Shown: one piece after another, positions 8,990 through 19,942 of the stretch
Position numbering within the stretch: the first letter of the stretch is position 1
Layout of the letters: each line of letters opens with the position of its first letter
Origin: an uncultured Verrucomicrobiae bacterium
Lineage (GTDB): Bacteria > Chlamydiota > Chlamydiia > Chlamydiales > Rhabdochlamydiaceae
Length of the DNA stretch: 64,000 bases
NCBI GenBank assembly: GCA_963806855.1
Contig: CAWDYW010000003.1
Coordinates: 192,001-256,000 of the forward strand
Direction: 5' to 3'
The notes under the pieces: generated by a model
Seen by the model: only the letters and a program-made list of their open reading frames with translations
Told to the model about the DNA's origin: nothing
Databases searched by the model: none
Made by a program: the position numbers and the translations under genes

Positions 8990-10909
8990 TCATTCTATCA
9001 GTTCGTTAATCGTCAGCGGAGGGAGATCGTTCTTTTTGATCTCTTTGACGATTTTCCAGTAGCTTTTGAGGCTGTCGAGGGGGACATGGTCTTGCAGATG
9101 CTTGAGCTCAATGTCGAATTCGGCGCTGCGTCCACTGATCCGTGTCACTTGGGTGTAATGGAGCGAAGGGTGATCCCGTAGGTAGGTTTCTTCGAAAGCG
9201 TCCCATTCAAGATAGGGGTTTTCGATTCGGATGTGTTCTTTGGTCCAGAGTGGGTAGTTGAGTTTGTAGGGGGCTGTACGGGCAGGATTGAGATGGGTAT
9301 CAAGGGACCAGTGGAGGGTATAGGAATAGAGGTCGAGCTCTTCGTCGAATGGGATCCGATAGGTCATGGTCATGGTGAGGATGTTGCTTTCTCGATCATC
9401 GGAGGTCTCGAGCGGGATCTCGATCTCTACCGCTCCGTAATGATGCTGCAGGTCGTGCAATAGGCTATCAGAAATGCGTTTGTGCCCCCTTTCCTTTAGT
9501 GTTCGGCGCCAGTAATCGGCTTCAAAGCCGTAGAAGGTGGCGCTATTTCTCATCAGGGCTTCTTCTTTGGAGGCGAAGGTGATCAAGGTGTCAATTTCTG
9601 TAGGGTGGGGGAGGGTGCGATTAGGAAGGGAAGTCAGCTCTGTGGTGGTGTCGTCGATGAGCATTCCCCAATGGTAGCTGGGTATGGAGTTGGTCTCCAG
9701 GGAGCCGCCTTGGAGGTTGATTGTCGAATCGATCCAATAGGGTGTCCCGTCGAGATTGATTTGGAGGATGACGTGGTTAAAGAGGCGGGGCATGGGGAGC
9801 ACATGGGGAAGTCTAGGGCCGTGAGTGGAATGGACGAGAAGGGGGGTGGAGTCGATCTCGAGCAGGTGCAGGAGAGTCCGCAGAAGCTGGGTCTTATCTT
9901 TGCAATCGCCAAAGCGTCGTTGGAAGGTGATGCGGGGATCGGTCGGGGTGAAGGCGCCGACGTTCTCTTCGATGCCAAGATAGCGCACTTGATCTTGTAC
10001 AAAGCGGATGGCTAGGAGCGCTTGCTCGGAAAGGATTGGGGTGGCCTCTTTCCAGCTCTCGACCAGGGTGATCATTTCGGGGGGCAAAGTTTCGGGAAAG
10101 TCAGCAGGCAGGCGATAGAGAGGGGCAACTTTTTGCGCTACGTCGGCCCAGGTTTTATATTGGCTCAGCTGGAGGTGGGCAGGGGGATTGTGCCAAACGG
10201 GCTGGTCATTTTCAGATTTGTAAACGGATGGGTTCACAGCGGTCCATTCCCATTCTCTTAAGGAAGGGGCGTGGTCGGTGATGGTGGGCTCGACGGGGGT
10301 GTTGATCGCTTTGAACTCGAAGGGAAGATCGGGATGGGCCAAAAGGCGGTAATTCATCTGTTCAACTGCAAAGGTGTCTTGGAAATAGATTAAATCGGTA
10401 AGATGGGAGCCAAAAATGGGTGTTTCTCCGACGATTGAGTAAGAATATTCGAGGATGTCTCCCTCACGAATATCTTCGATAAAATAGATTGCGGTCAGGT
10501 CGCCGTTATAGAGATTTTTCTCGAGTTCAGATTCTCTTTGAACGATGTTGTGGCGGGCATCTTCCAATCGGTCGGTCCACTCTCCGTCGCGGTGTACTCG
10601 GATCTGGTGCATCACCACTTGTGAGTAAGTGGGATCGAAATCGATGCTCAACTGCGAAATAGCTTCGATCCCCGCTTGGGAAAGCATCTTAATCACATAA
10701 TGTTGGTAAACGCTTTTTTCCTCCCAGTTGCGCTGGGTCTCGATCAAGAGGTATTGGAGGTTGACCTGGGTTGGCTTAAGCTCCACTGGCTGTAGCGGAA
10801 AATCGACACCTTTCACCCATTCTGGTGTGGGCTCTATCGAGCACTGCTCTGTTGGGTGGAGGGGAGTTAAGATAAGGCTTAGAAGGAGGAGGAGGACTTT
10901 ATAAAACAT
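8990..10909 (-). CDS. DUF3857 plus transglutaminase-like domain protein, exported
   Basis: Signal peptide; 'REGDILEYSY'; catalytic triad segments 'GDCKDK', 'FNHVI', 'WIDST'. Confidence 0.85.
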   Translation of the reverse strand: MFYKVLLLLLSLILTPLHPTEQCSIEPTPEWVKGVDFPLQPVELKPTQVNLQYLLIETQRNWEEKSVYQHYVIKMLSQAGIEAISQLSIDFDPTYSQVVMHQIRVHRDGEWTDRLEDARHNIVQRESELEKNLYNGDLTAIYFIEDIREGDILEYSYSIVGETPIFGSHLTDLIYFQDTFAVEQMNYRLLAHPDLPFEFKAINTPVEPTITDHAPSLREWEWTAVNPSVYKSENDQPVWHNPPAHLQLSQYKTWADVAQKVAPLYRLPADFPETLPPEMITLVESWKEATPILSEQALLAIRFVQDQVRYLGIEENVGAFTPTDPRITFQRRFGDCKDKTQLLRTLLHLLEIDSTPLLVHSTHGPRLPHVLPMPRLFNHVILQINLDGTPYWIDSTINLQGGSLETNSIPSYHWGMLIDDTTTELTSLPNRTLPHPTEIDTLITFASKEEALMRNSATFYGFEADYWRRTLKERGHKRISDSLLHDLQHHYGAVEIEIPLETSDDRESNILTMTMTYRIPFDEELDLYSYTLHWSLDTHLNPARTAPYKLNYPLWTKEHIRIENPYLEWDAFEETYLRDHPSLHYTQVTRISGRSAEFDIELKHLQDHVPLDSLKSYWKIVKEIKKNDLPPLTINELIE

Positions 10910-10983
10910 GTATATTCCTTTTTTTGAGAATAATAGAATACTCGATCAGATGTTAATATTCTAGTTTTCAAAATAAATATTGA

Positions 10984-13223
10984 CTATCCCTGGACGATGC
11001 CGCATTGAGTTGCCACTCCGATCCGATAGCAGCGCTTTTCTGGATTATAAGTTAGGGAGCCGTGCAGTTGTTTTAAGTAGAGGGATAGTGTGCTTTTCCA
11101 ATCGTCGGTTCTTTCAATTGAGAAGACTCTTCTGACAAGCCGATCGACGGATGTCTCTAACACCAATCGGCAAAGATCTAGCGCTTGGGATTGACCCTTA
11201 AGCGATACTGCACTGACAAGCTCATCTTCAGCCTTGGCCAAGAGTGTAGCGGCGGTCACTTCAAATTTACATCGGACATATCTTGAGGCTACTTGCCACA
11301 TGGGATGCCAAAGCTGCTTGGGGAACTCTTATGCATTTTACGGGTGATACTCGGGGCTTGACTCCATTTGGGATCGGTGGTCTGGTCTTCTTTGATATTC
11401 TCTGACTGTGGGGAAGCTGGATTTAAATTTGTTGATGGAATTCGGTCCAAAATTGATGGAGAATATCAAAGAAAGGGCGGGATGGATAGGCTTGCGTTTT
11501 AAGTCGTTCTCCCCACTCTTCTAGGGTTTCATTTGGGCGCCAGTGGAAATACCGTTTGGATTGAAGATAAAGGGTATAGGGGTCAGCATCAGCTGGGATT
11601 GTGCTAGGAGGCTCGGTTGTGCGGCTTTCTATATCCAATTTTGCCAGGAGGCTATCTCGCTCGGATAGGGTGAGAGGCTGCGTATGAGGAAATTGTTCTG
11701 GATAGTAGGCCGCCCTGATATTTGCATCTAAATTTGTGTTAAGGGTGTTTGGGGGAACGGATGCAAAAATTGAAAATCTCGCCCAATTTAGAAATTCTTC
11801 ACTTAATTCATATGGGCGCGTGTTATCGGGCAGTTCTAAATAGTTTCTTAAGTAAATAATCGCCATATGAAAGGCAAATGGGTCATCGGCGAGTAAAGCA
11901 TGGCTACAATACTCTTCCAAACTTTGTTTTTGGGGTATAGGAAGCGGGAGATTTAGTTCTGGACCTTTGACTGCGAGGGAAAGCTCAAATATTTTTCCCA
12001 TCAAACGACACCCTTGATTCGTGATTGCGGCGCCGAGGGAAAGGTGAGACTCATTAGAAATGCCGAATTTTTGATCAAATTTGAAAGACGGAACTAGGGG
12101 AGCGAACTTCTTTATTTCTTCAAGCGTTGGCAAGCAAAAGACAGAGCTTTTCTCGGGGTTAGATTTTTTGAAGTTTTCCAAGATCCACGGATTTGGGTTT
12201 TTTGATGCACAGCAATAGACGAGTGTAGCCTTTGTTAAAGTGTAGATGGCCTGATATAGGCTTTCCAACTCGGGTTCATATTTATTGATGTTATCTAGGA
12301 TATGTTGCAATCCAAAATAGAGAAAGATAAAGGATTCTGGCATGGCCCCCAAGGCTGTGAGTTGATGCCTCGAGAAACTCCTCGATACGCTTGAGTTCGA
12401 AGGGCTCTGTCTCCATCATCGCGATGAAGCTTTCGATTTGATGGGAATAAGGATTTGCTAAGTTAGGGCATACAAAATCTTGCTCACTTCTAAAGTCAAT
12501 ATAGCTGACTAGGATGTTTTGGACGTAATCGGAAAAAAAGCTCTGATTGAGCGAGGTGGCCATGCGCACTAAAGCGATTCTAGCGAATCAGGGCGTCCAT
12601 TCAGAGCCTAGGCCAGTGCAAGCCACGGTTGAAAGAGTGGCTGCCCTGGAGTTGCGTTACTATCCCGCATTAATTGTAATAAGGCGGAAGAGATCTCCTT
12701 ATTAGCGAGATTACAAATGCAAGTTTCTAAGTTCTTTGGTGCTTGTGGGAATAGGAGTTCAAAGGTGCTTGCTCCTAAAGAGGCCGTTTTAATCATCGCT
12801 GGCAGGAGGATATCTTCAGGATAGAATTCTCTTAGAATCTCGAAGATTTCGATGGCTCTGGCTTTAGAAAAGGAGGATTGGGAGGTAATTCCTTAGAGAG
12901 GGAATGGAGACAGAAGATATAGGTCAAATGGTTGTCACACACTTTTCCCTCTGCGAGAAAGCGTCTTAAGGTGGCATCATCCATGATATTTAAATGGAAG
13001 AGAAAAATGGGATAAAAAGGGGACAAAAGAGGCGGACCTTAAGTCTCGAAGGGTCCTAAATTGTTTCTCAAAGTCAGTTCGTAATTTCGTATCATTTGGA
13101 TTCAACGAACATTCGACACCCAATTGTAAATAGTTGGGGAGGAGCTCGTCCCAATTGGGAGGGGGGCAGGAGAGGTGCGTGAAAATAAGCGGTTCAATGA
13201 TGGTGCAAAGCTGTAACTGACAT
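10984..13223 (-). pseudogene. Large hypothetical gene in fragments (frameshifts, real or sequencing error)
   Basis: Chain of same-strand ORF pieces (12832-13026, 12608-12796, 12291-12569, 11423-12352, 10984-11301) downstream of an ATG at 13223. Confidence 0.5.
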
Positions 13224-13281
13224 ATAAAAAAATTTTCGGATTAGATGGTTTTAATAGAAGGGATTATAAGCCTAGTGCGTA

Positions 13282-13515
13282 TTAAAATTCTTCTCTTAAA
13301 ATTTCGAGTTCACGGATCAATGTTTCCGTCTGCTCTGGGAACTGCAAGAAGCTGAGGAGGATTTTCCTCAGATCGGACCCTAGGGGATTGCGCGGGTCGT
13401 AGTTTTTGGCTGCTTGGAGGAGGCTCAAATTGCCCTTTATCCCAGGGATCGAGAGGGGTTGGGTCAAAACGTTCTGGATGATCTCTCCAGCATCTTTGAG
13501 GTCTTCACGAATCAT
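13282..13515 (-). CDS. Small helical hypothetical protein
   Basis: 77-aa ORF overlapping the upstream ORF stop; amphipathic composition. Confidence 0.5.
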   Translation of the reverse strand: MIREDLKDAGEIIQNVLTQPLSIPGIKGNLSLLQAAKNYDPRNPLGSDLRKILLSFLQFPEQTETLIRELEILREEF

Positions 13516-13738
13516 TCACCGAAGCTGCTTGGTTGGAAAGGTTGTCGAGGTTGTTGATGCTCTGGGCCAAATTCCTTAAAGTCGGCTCGCTGTCGGCCAG
13601 ATGGGGATTTTTCATGAGTTCGTCGATTTCTCCACAGAAGTCGCCAAGATGCGCCCTCAAGGAGCTTGCCAGATGGTGGAAGATGTCTTCCGGTTCTCTG
13701 GGGGGAAAGGAGGGTGTACGTCCTACTTCTGCGACCAT
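13505..13738 (-). CDS. Small helical hypothetical protein
   Basis: 77-aa ORF starting 15 nt after the ABC-F stop. Confidence 0.5.
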   Translation of the reverse strand: MVAEVGRTPSFPPREPEDIFHHLASSLRAHLGDFCGEIDELMKNPHLADSEPTLRNLAQSINNLDNLSNQAASVNDS

Positions 13739-13753
13739 AAGGTCACTTTAGGA

Positions 13754-15339
13754 CTAGCCCTGTTTAGATGTCAAGTATTCCGCATAAGATCCGTCAAAGG
13801 TGCGGATGCCGCTCTCTTCAATTGAGAGGATCTTTTTGGCTCCGTGGTCGATTAGATCCCGGTCATGGCTGGCGAAGATGACGGTCCCTTTGAAATCTTC
13901 AAGGGCCCAGCCGAGGGCGGAGACCGCTTCGAGGTCGAGGTGGTTGTTCGGCTCGTCGAGGATGAGGACGTTGTAGTTGCAGAGCATGAGGCCTCCGATG
14001 ATTAGGCGGGCGGTCTCTCCGCCTGAGAGGTGTCAGAGCTGTTTGAAGGCATCGTCGCCGCCAAAGAGCATTTTGCCGAGGATGCTGCGGATATCTTGAT
14101 CGTAGACCCCTTCACGGCGCGCTTTCAGCCAGTCAAAGGCGGTCATCTTGCTCGTTTTGTCGACGACATCATCGTGGTTTTGGGGGAAATAGCCGATCTC
14201 GACATGGTGGCCGACTTCGATTTTCCCTTTGTCTTGAGTGTAGCACGCCGGCGAGCATTTTTAGCAGGGTGGTCTTCCCTCTGCCGTTATTGCCGATGAC
14301 GCCGATCTTGTCACCTTTGATGATGTCGCAAGAGAAATTGCGGATGACTGGCAGGCCGTCGTAGCCTTTGGAGACGTTTTCGAAGCTGATAGACATCTGT
14401 CCGGAGGGTTTTTCTGGGGGGTAGAAGCGGATATAGGGGCGTTGGATGTTCGATTTTTTCAGCTCTTGCGGCTGGAGCCGCTCGATTTCGCGGATGCGCG
14501 ATTGCACTTGGCTGGCGCGCGGTTCCAGCGCCGAATTTGGCGACAAATTCGCGCAGCTGGGCGATTTTCTTCTCTTTGGCTTTGTTTTCATGGTCGGCCC
14601 GCTCGCGCACCGCGGTTTTGGCGACGACCATCATATCGTAGTTGCCAGGATAGATGATGATGGTTTCATAGTCGATGTCGGCGATGTGGGTGGTGACGGC
14701 GTTGAGGAAGTGGCGGTCGTGGCTGACGACGATCAGCGCGCCTTTGTATTCGTGGAGGAAGGTCTTCGAGCCAGCTGATCGATTCGAGGTCGAGGTGGTT
14801 GGTCGGTTCGTCGAGGATCAGGGCGGGCGGACTTGCCGAAGAGGGCTTGGCAGAGCATCACGCGGAACTGCAGGTCGGTGGGGATCGCGTGCATCTGTTT
14901 CTGCCAATGGAGTCGGGCGGATCCCATCCCGCTGAGGAGTACTTCGGCATCGGATTCAGCGGTATAGCCATCTTCGTCGCCGATGATCTCTTCGAGCTCG
15001 CCCAGGCGGATCCCCACTTCGTCGGTCATCTCTTCGTTCGTAAAGGCGTTCCCGTTCAGTGAGCGCATCCCAAAGACGTTTGTTGCCCATGATCACAGTG
15101 TCGATGACTTTTTGCTCGGCGAAGTCTTCGATATTTTGCCTGAGAAAGCCGACTTTGCTCGGCAGCGAGACCGATCCCGAGGTGGGTTCTACTGTCCCCA
15201 TGATGATTTTGAGCAGAGTCGACTTGCCCGCTCCATTGGGGCCAGTCAGTCCATAGCATCCCTGGTTGAAGGTGACGGTGACATCTTCGAAAAGAAGACG
15301 TGTGCCGACTTTTTTAGTAACAGAATTTAGCGTAATCAT
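13754..15339 (-). CDS. ABC-F family ATPase (YbiT-like), multiply frameshifted in this sequence
   Basis: Two Walker A motifs (GPNGAGKST, GNNGRGKTT), 'LDEPNNHLD', 'SHDR', and an inter-domain linker, spread over several frames. Confidence 0.85.
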
Positions 15340-15371
15340 AATAGAGTAAGGATAGCACAAAGGGGGCTGCT

Positions 15372-16349
15372 CTGACAAGCCGTTTCGAACAAGCAGAATT
15401 GCAATTTTTTCATCATCTCTCGGTCAAGAATGCGTCGGGGCATACTCTGCGCAACTATACCAATGACCTGAAGAGCTTTAAACTTTTTTTGAAGAACGAA
15501 AAAATCGAGCTCTCCACCATCGACGAAATCGACAAGCGGCTCATCCGCAATTATTTGGCCCACCTCAATTTCGAACAGGCCTCGAAGCGGACGATCCTCC
15601 GCCGCCTCGCCTGCCTCCGCTCCTTTTTCAAATACCTCAAGCGGGAAAAGCTGGTTGCCCACAATCCGATGGAGGAGATCGACTCACCCAAGCTCGAAAA
15701 GTCGATCCCTAAATCGCTCTCCTACGAGCAGGTTGAGCGGCTCTTCAGCCAACCCGAGGTTGACACCTATCTCGGCTTTCGGGATCGGTGCATCATGGAG
15801 CTGCTCTATAGCTCTGGCCTGCGCATCAGCGAGGTGGCAGGGCTCAATCGGCGCGACTTTGACCAGCGGAACATGGTGCTGAGGATCCTGGGTAAAGGGA
15901 AAAAAGAACGGATTGTTCCGATCACCGAGATGGCTGCCAAGTGGCTACACGATTATCTCAATCACCCCGAGCGAAAAGTCGATGGGAAATTGCACCAGGC
16001 CCAGGTCGATCCTGACGCGGTCTTTCTCAATAAATGGGGCAAACGGATCACGATGCGCTCACTCGATCGGAACTTTGCCAAATACCTGCTCTCGAGCGGC
16101 CTCTCCGAGGATGTGACTCCCCATACGATCCGACACACGATTGCGACCCACTGGCTGGAGAAGGGGATGGATCTGAAGACGATTCAGGTGCTGCTTGGAC
16201 ACACTTCACTGGTGACGACGACAATCTACACCCAAGTTTCGACACGGCTGAAGAGGGAAGTGTACGACAAGGCTCATCCAAGTGCTTTGGGGCAAGGGCA
16301 GGGAGAACGCAAAGACGCCAAGGCGCAAAGACGCGAAGAAAAACAATAA
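15372..16349 (+). CDS. xerC: Tyrosine recombinase XerC
   Basis: 'SGLRISE', 'GKGKKER', 'HTIRH', 'LLGH', 'TTIYT'. Divergent from ABC-F as in Chlamydia. Start uncertain (CTG 15372 or TTG 15399). Confidence 0.9.
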   Translation: MTSRFEQAELQFFHHLSVKNASGHTLRNYTNDLKSFKLFLKNEKIELSTIDEIDKRLIRNYLAHLNFEQASKRTILRRLACLRSFFKYLKREKLVAHNPMEEIDSPKLEKSIPKSLSYEQVERLFSQPEVDTYLGFRDRCIMELLYSSGLRISEVAGLNRRDFDQRNMVLRILGKGKKERIVPITEMAAKWLHDYLNHPERKVDGKLHQAQVDPDAVFLNKWGKRITMRSLDRNFAKYLLSSGLSEDVTPHTIRHTIATHWLEKGMDLKTIQVLLGHTSLVTTTIYTQVSTRLKREVYDKAHPSALGQGQGERKDAKAQRREEKQ

Positions 16350-16381
16350 ATTTTTTTATTGCGTCTTTGCGTCTTTGCGTT
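16306..16381. repeat. ACGCAAAG-type REP-like inverted repeat cluster
   Basis: AACGCAAAGACGC...GGCGCAAAGACGC faces GCGTCTTTGCGTCTTTGCGTT; overlaps the xerC 3' end. Confidence 0.75.
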
Positions 16382-16390
16382 GAAAAAAAA

Positions 16391-16726
16391 GGGGGGAAGC
16401 GATAAGCCGGATTCTGTCGTGGGCAATCATTCCTCTAGGAGATATGTCGCCATACCTCTCGAGCGATCATGCCGCAGGCCGTGCTAAGAAACACATGCGG
16501 CCCGCTGGCTCTTGCTTCAGATAGGGTTTACAACGTCTCTATATTTCTATAGAGCGATCGACTCCTAAAGCCGATATTTTCATCCTGTTCCCCGAAGGGA
16601 CGGTTTGTTTTCTGTTACACTTTCCGTAGCCTTTCGGCCCCCAGTCTTTCACTGGTATCTCTCTCCTGCGAAGTCCAGACTTTCCTCTCCTACAATGCTG
16701 CAGACAGCGATTGCCTGCTTTCCCCC
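16391..16726 (-). ncRNA. rnpB: RNase P RNA (type A)
   Basis: The minus strand contains GAGGAAAGTCTGGACT and ACAGAATCCGGCTTA universal motifs and complementary P1 ends; it lies downstream of the CT398-like gene. Confidence 0.95.
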
Positions 16727-16731
16727 AGAAA

Positions 16732-17502
16732 TTAGGCTTGCTGCAACTTCTGCGGCGACGTCGTTGTTGCCGGCTGCGGCCTTCGACCACTTCGCTTCTT
16801 GCCAGTAGTGGATGCGGGAGCAGTGTTCGCAGAAGACGAGATTTTCCCCTTTGCGGACGAGGTTTTCATGCTGAGCAGTCAGGACAATATGGCAGCCGCT
16901 GCATGTGCGGTTTTCGATCGGGACAACGACGCGGTCTTTTTTATTGCGGAGCAGTCTTTCATAGATCTGCAAGATGTCGGCATCGGCATGTTGGCCAGGG
17001 CGTCGCGATGCGTTTTAAGTTGGGTGCCTTCTTCGTTGATCAGGTCGATGCTCGCTTGGATCTCTTTTTCAAGAGCGATGCTGCTCTCTTCTGAGGTCTT
17101 TAAGCTGTCTCTGATTTTGTGGAGGAGCTCTTCTTCGGCGACGCTTTTAGTCGACGAGATCTGAGATTTTTTGCTCTTCAGCGATCCGCTCTCGTTCTGT
17201 GGAGTCATCTCTTGAGTGAGGGCGTTAAATTCATCTACTTTTTTGATGGTGGATTGGCGCGCTTCGAGGGATTTGACCTTTTCTCCGATTTCGACGATAC
17301 GGGCCTCTTTTTGCCGGATCTGTCTACCGATCTCTTCGACTTCAACTTCTTTAGACTTCAATTCAGCATGAAGATCAGCGCGAAGTTCTTCGATCTGTTT
17401 AAGCTCTTTTTGACGTTCACGCTTGACCCGCATCAGACGGACCATTTTCATATCAAGCTCTTGAATATCAATAATAGGCTTTAGGGTTTCTAACATGGGC
17501 AT
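16732..17502 (-). CDS. Coiled-coil / C4 zinc-ribbon protein (CT398/CdsZ-like), frameshifted in this sequence
   Basis: 'IQELDMKMVRLMR' N-terminus, long coiled coil, 'CSGCHI...FCEHCSRIHYW' in a second frame. Confidence 0.85.
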
Positions 17503-17602
17503 ATTTGGATCACCTTTAAAAGTAGCAGCCATTAGATTACTGGGTATTGGGAATATCTCTCAAGGAAAAAACGTCTACCTAGACATTGTATAATTTTTTG
17601 AC

Positions 17603-19141
17603 TTGCCAAATTTTGGGTGGAAAGGGGACAGTGGAGGGGAATTCAAGCTAAACAAGAGGTTTACCTTCGCTACTTTGACAAAGGGATATTTACAAAAATA
17701 TTTTCAAAATTTTTCTGAGTCTGAAAGGTCCACAGCGGCCATCGCCTATTTGGCCGGGCTCGACCACATTGAGGCCCACTCTCCTGAGGTGGCTCATCGG
17801 ATCGTGCAAGAGCTTAAGGATCAGCGCACTAACATCAAGCTTATCGCTTCTGAAAATTATTCTTCACTCGCGGTTCAATTGGCAATGGGAAATCTGCTGA
17901 CCGATAAATATGCCGAGGGGTATCCCCATCACCGATTTTATGCCGGCTGCGATAATGTCGATGCGATTGAGGACTTGGCTGTCAATGAATTGCGAACTCT
18001 GTTTGGGTGCGACCACGCCTATGTGCAGCCCCACTCGGGCGCCGATGCCAATATGGTGGCGATGTGGGCGGTGCTAGTCCATCGCTTTGAGGATAAAGAG
18101 GTGCAGCGGCTGGGCAAAAAATCGGTCGATGAATTGACTCCTGAGGAGTATGAACAGGCTAGGAAGCTGGTTCTTTCGCAAAAGATGATGGGGCTTGGAC
18201 TCGGGTCGGGCGGCCATTTGACTCATGGGTATCGACGCAATATATCGAGCAAGATCATGCAGGCTGTCCCCTATGATGTCGATCCAAAGACGGGTCTTTT
18301 GGACTATGAGGCGCTGCAAGCCCAAGTCAAGCGGGAGAAGCCGGCCTTGCTCATGGTCGGATATTCGGCCTATCCAAGGCTGATCAATTTTGCCAAGATG
18401 CGGGAGATTGCCGATAGCGTCGGGGCTGTAATGATGACTGACATGGCCCACTTTGCAGGGCTGGTTGCTGGGAAGGTCTTTCAGGGCGACTATAACCCGA
18501 TTCCATTTTCGCATATTGTCACTTCGACGACGCACAAGACGTTGCGCGGCCCCAGAGGGGGTTTGGTGATGTGCCAAGCGGAATTTAAAGAGGTAGTCGA
18601 TCGGGGATGTCCTTTAGTGCTGGGTGGCCCGCTTCCTCATGTAATTGCTGCCAAAGCGGTTGCATTCAAGGAGGCCAATACGCCGGCGTTCAGAGAATAT
18701 GCCCATCAGGTTGTCAAAAATGCAAAGGCGCTGGCGAGCTATCTTCTGTCGAAGGGGTCGGCGGTGCTGACAAAAGGGACCGACAACCATTTGATGGTGA
18801 TCGATGTGATGCAGTCGTATGGATTGACCGGACGGCAGGCAGAAGTGGCGTTAAGGGAGGCGGGGCTGACAGTCAACCGCAATTCGATTCCCTTTGACCC
18901 CAACGGAGCCTGGTACACTTCGGGTATCCGAATTGGGACGCCGGCGACGACGACGCGCGGAATGAAAGAGGCTGAGATGGAGAGAATTGCGCTCATGCTT
19001 CACGATCTGCTCAAAGGATGTAAAAAGGGAGAGACCCGCACTAAGGTAGAGATCGATCCTCAGGTTCTGGCTCGGGTACAGCTTGAAGTTAAAGATTTGC
19101 TGAGCGATTTCCCCCTTTATCCAGAGCTGGTCATTGATTGA
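17603..19141 (+). CDS. glyA: Serine hydroxymethyltransferase
   Basis: 'LIASENY', 'KYAEGYP', PLP-lysine motif 'TTHKTLRGPRGG', 'SGIRIGTPA'. The true start may be TTG at 17675. Confidence 0.97.
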   Translation: MPNFGWKGDSGGEFKLNKRFTFATLTKGYLQKYFQNFSESERSTAAIAYLAGLDHIEAHSPEVAHRIVQELKDQRTNIKLIASENYSSLAVQLAMGNLLTDKYAEGYPHHRFYAGCDNVDAIEDLAVNELRTLFGCDHAYVQPHSGADANMVAMWAVLVHRFEDKEVQRLGKKSVDELTPEEYEQARKLVLSQKMMGLGLGSGGHLTHGYRRNISSKIMQAVPYDVDPKTGLLDYEALQAQVKREKPALLMVGYSAYPRLINFAKMREIADSVGAVMMTDMAHFAGLVAGKVFQGDYNPIPFSHIVTSTTHKTLRGPRGGLVMCQAEFKEVVDRGCPLVLGGPLPHVIAAKAVAFKEANTPAFREYAHQVVKNAKALASYLLSKGSAVLTKGTDNHLMVIDVMQSYGLTGRQAEVALREAGLTVNRNSIPFDPNGAWYTSGIRIGTPATTTRGMKEAEMERIALMLHDLLKGCKKGETRTKVEIDPQVLARVQLEVKDLLSDFPLYPELVID

Positions 19142-19192
19142 ATATCCGAACGTATGAATAATAAGGTTTTAATCTAAATTTAGGAGAACCCC

Positions 19193-19786
19193 ATGTCCAC
19201 TCAAGAAGAAGAAAGAAAGAGTCACTTCAGTATCGATGACAAAATTGAAGACGTCCTTTTGAAATCGCGCCGCATTTTCTTTTCAGATGCTGTCGATGAA
19301 AAATCGACCAATACTGCGATCAAAAAGCTCTGGTATTTGGATCAGGTGGATCCGGGTAAGCCCATACTGTTTGTGATCAATTCTCCGGGTGGTGCGGTCG
19401 ATTGCGGTTTTGCCATTTGGGATCAGGTGAAAATGATCAAATCGCCGGTGACCACGTTGGTGACCGGGCTCGCCGCTTCAATGGGATCGATCTTGAGTCT
19501 TTGTGCGGCTCCAGGTCGCCGTTTTGCGACAAAGCATTCCCGCATCATGATTCACCAACCGCGGGTGATGGGATTGATTCAGGGGCAAGCAACCGATTTG
19601 GAAATTCAGGCTAAAGAAATTTTGAAAACACGCCAGGCAATTGTCGAAATTTACATGGAAGCAACTGGGAAAGATCAAAAGACAATTGAAAAGGCGATCG
19701 ATCGAGACACTTGGATGTCAGCCGATGAAGCGCTTGAGTATGGATTGCTCGACAAAGTTGTCAGTTCGTTTGCTGAAATCGCTTGA
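19193..19786 (+). CDS. clpP: ATP-dependent Clp protease proteolytic subunit (ClpP1 by synteny with glyA)
   Basis: 'INSPGG', 'AASMG', 'MIHQP', 'DRDTWM' motifs. Confidence 0.97.
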   Translation: MSTQEEERKSHFSIDDKIEDVLLKSRRIFFSDAVDEKSTNTAIKKLWYLDQVDPGKPILFVINSPGGAVDCGFAIWDQVKMIKSPVTTLVTGLAASMGSILSLCAAPGRRFATKHSRIMIHQPRVMGLIQGQATDLEIQAKEILKTRQAIVEIYMEATGKDQKTIEKAIDRDTWMSADEALEYGLLDKVVSSFAEIA

Positions 19787-19836
19787 CGGTTATACCCCAA
19801 TCGGGCGAAAATTCCCCCTATTTTATAAGGAAAAAT

Positions 19837-19938
19837 CGTGCCCGTGTGCGTGCCCGAGCCCATGCCCGATTTTTTTTACAGTCTGGTAGTTCCTCTTTAA
19901 TGCCTCCGGGCACGGGCACGCACACGGGCACGGGCACG
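19837..19938. repeat. Inverted arrays of the CGTGCC/GGCACG hexamer
   Basis: cgtgcc-cgtgtg-cgtgcc-cgagcc-catgcc faces cgggca-cgggca-cgcaca-cgggca-cgggca-cg across a ~38 nt spacer. Confidence 0.85.
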
Positions 19939-19942
19939 TTTT

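Noticed and set aside
15372..16349. Tyrosine recombinase as a prophage or island integrase
   Set aside because: XerC-type motifs, housekeeping context next to ABC-F and rnpB, and no phage genes or att repeats seen.
16539..16790. 83-aa ORF on the minus strand
   Set aside because: Overlaps the RNase P RNA gene.
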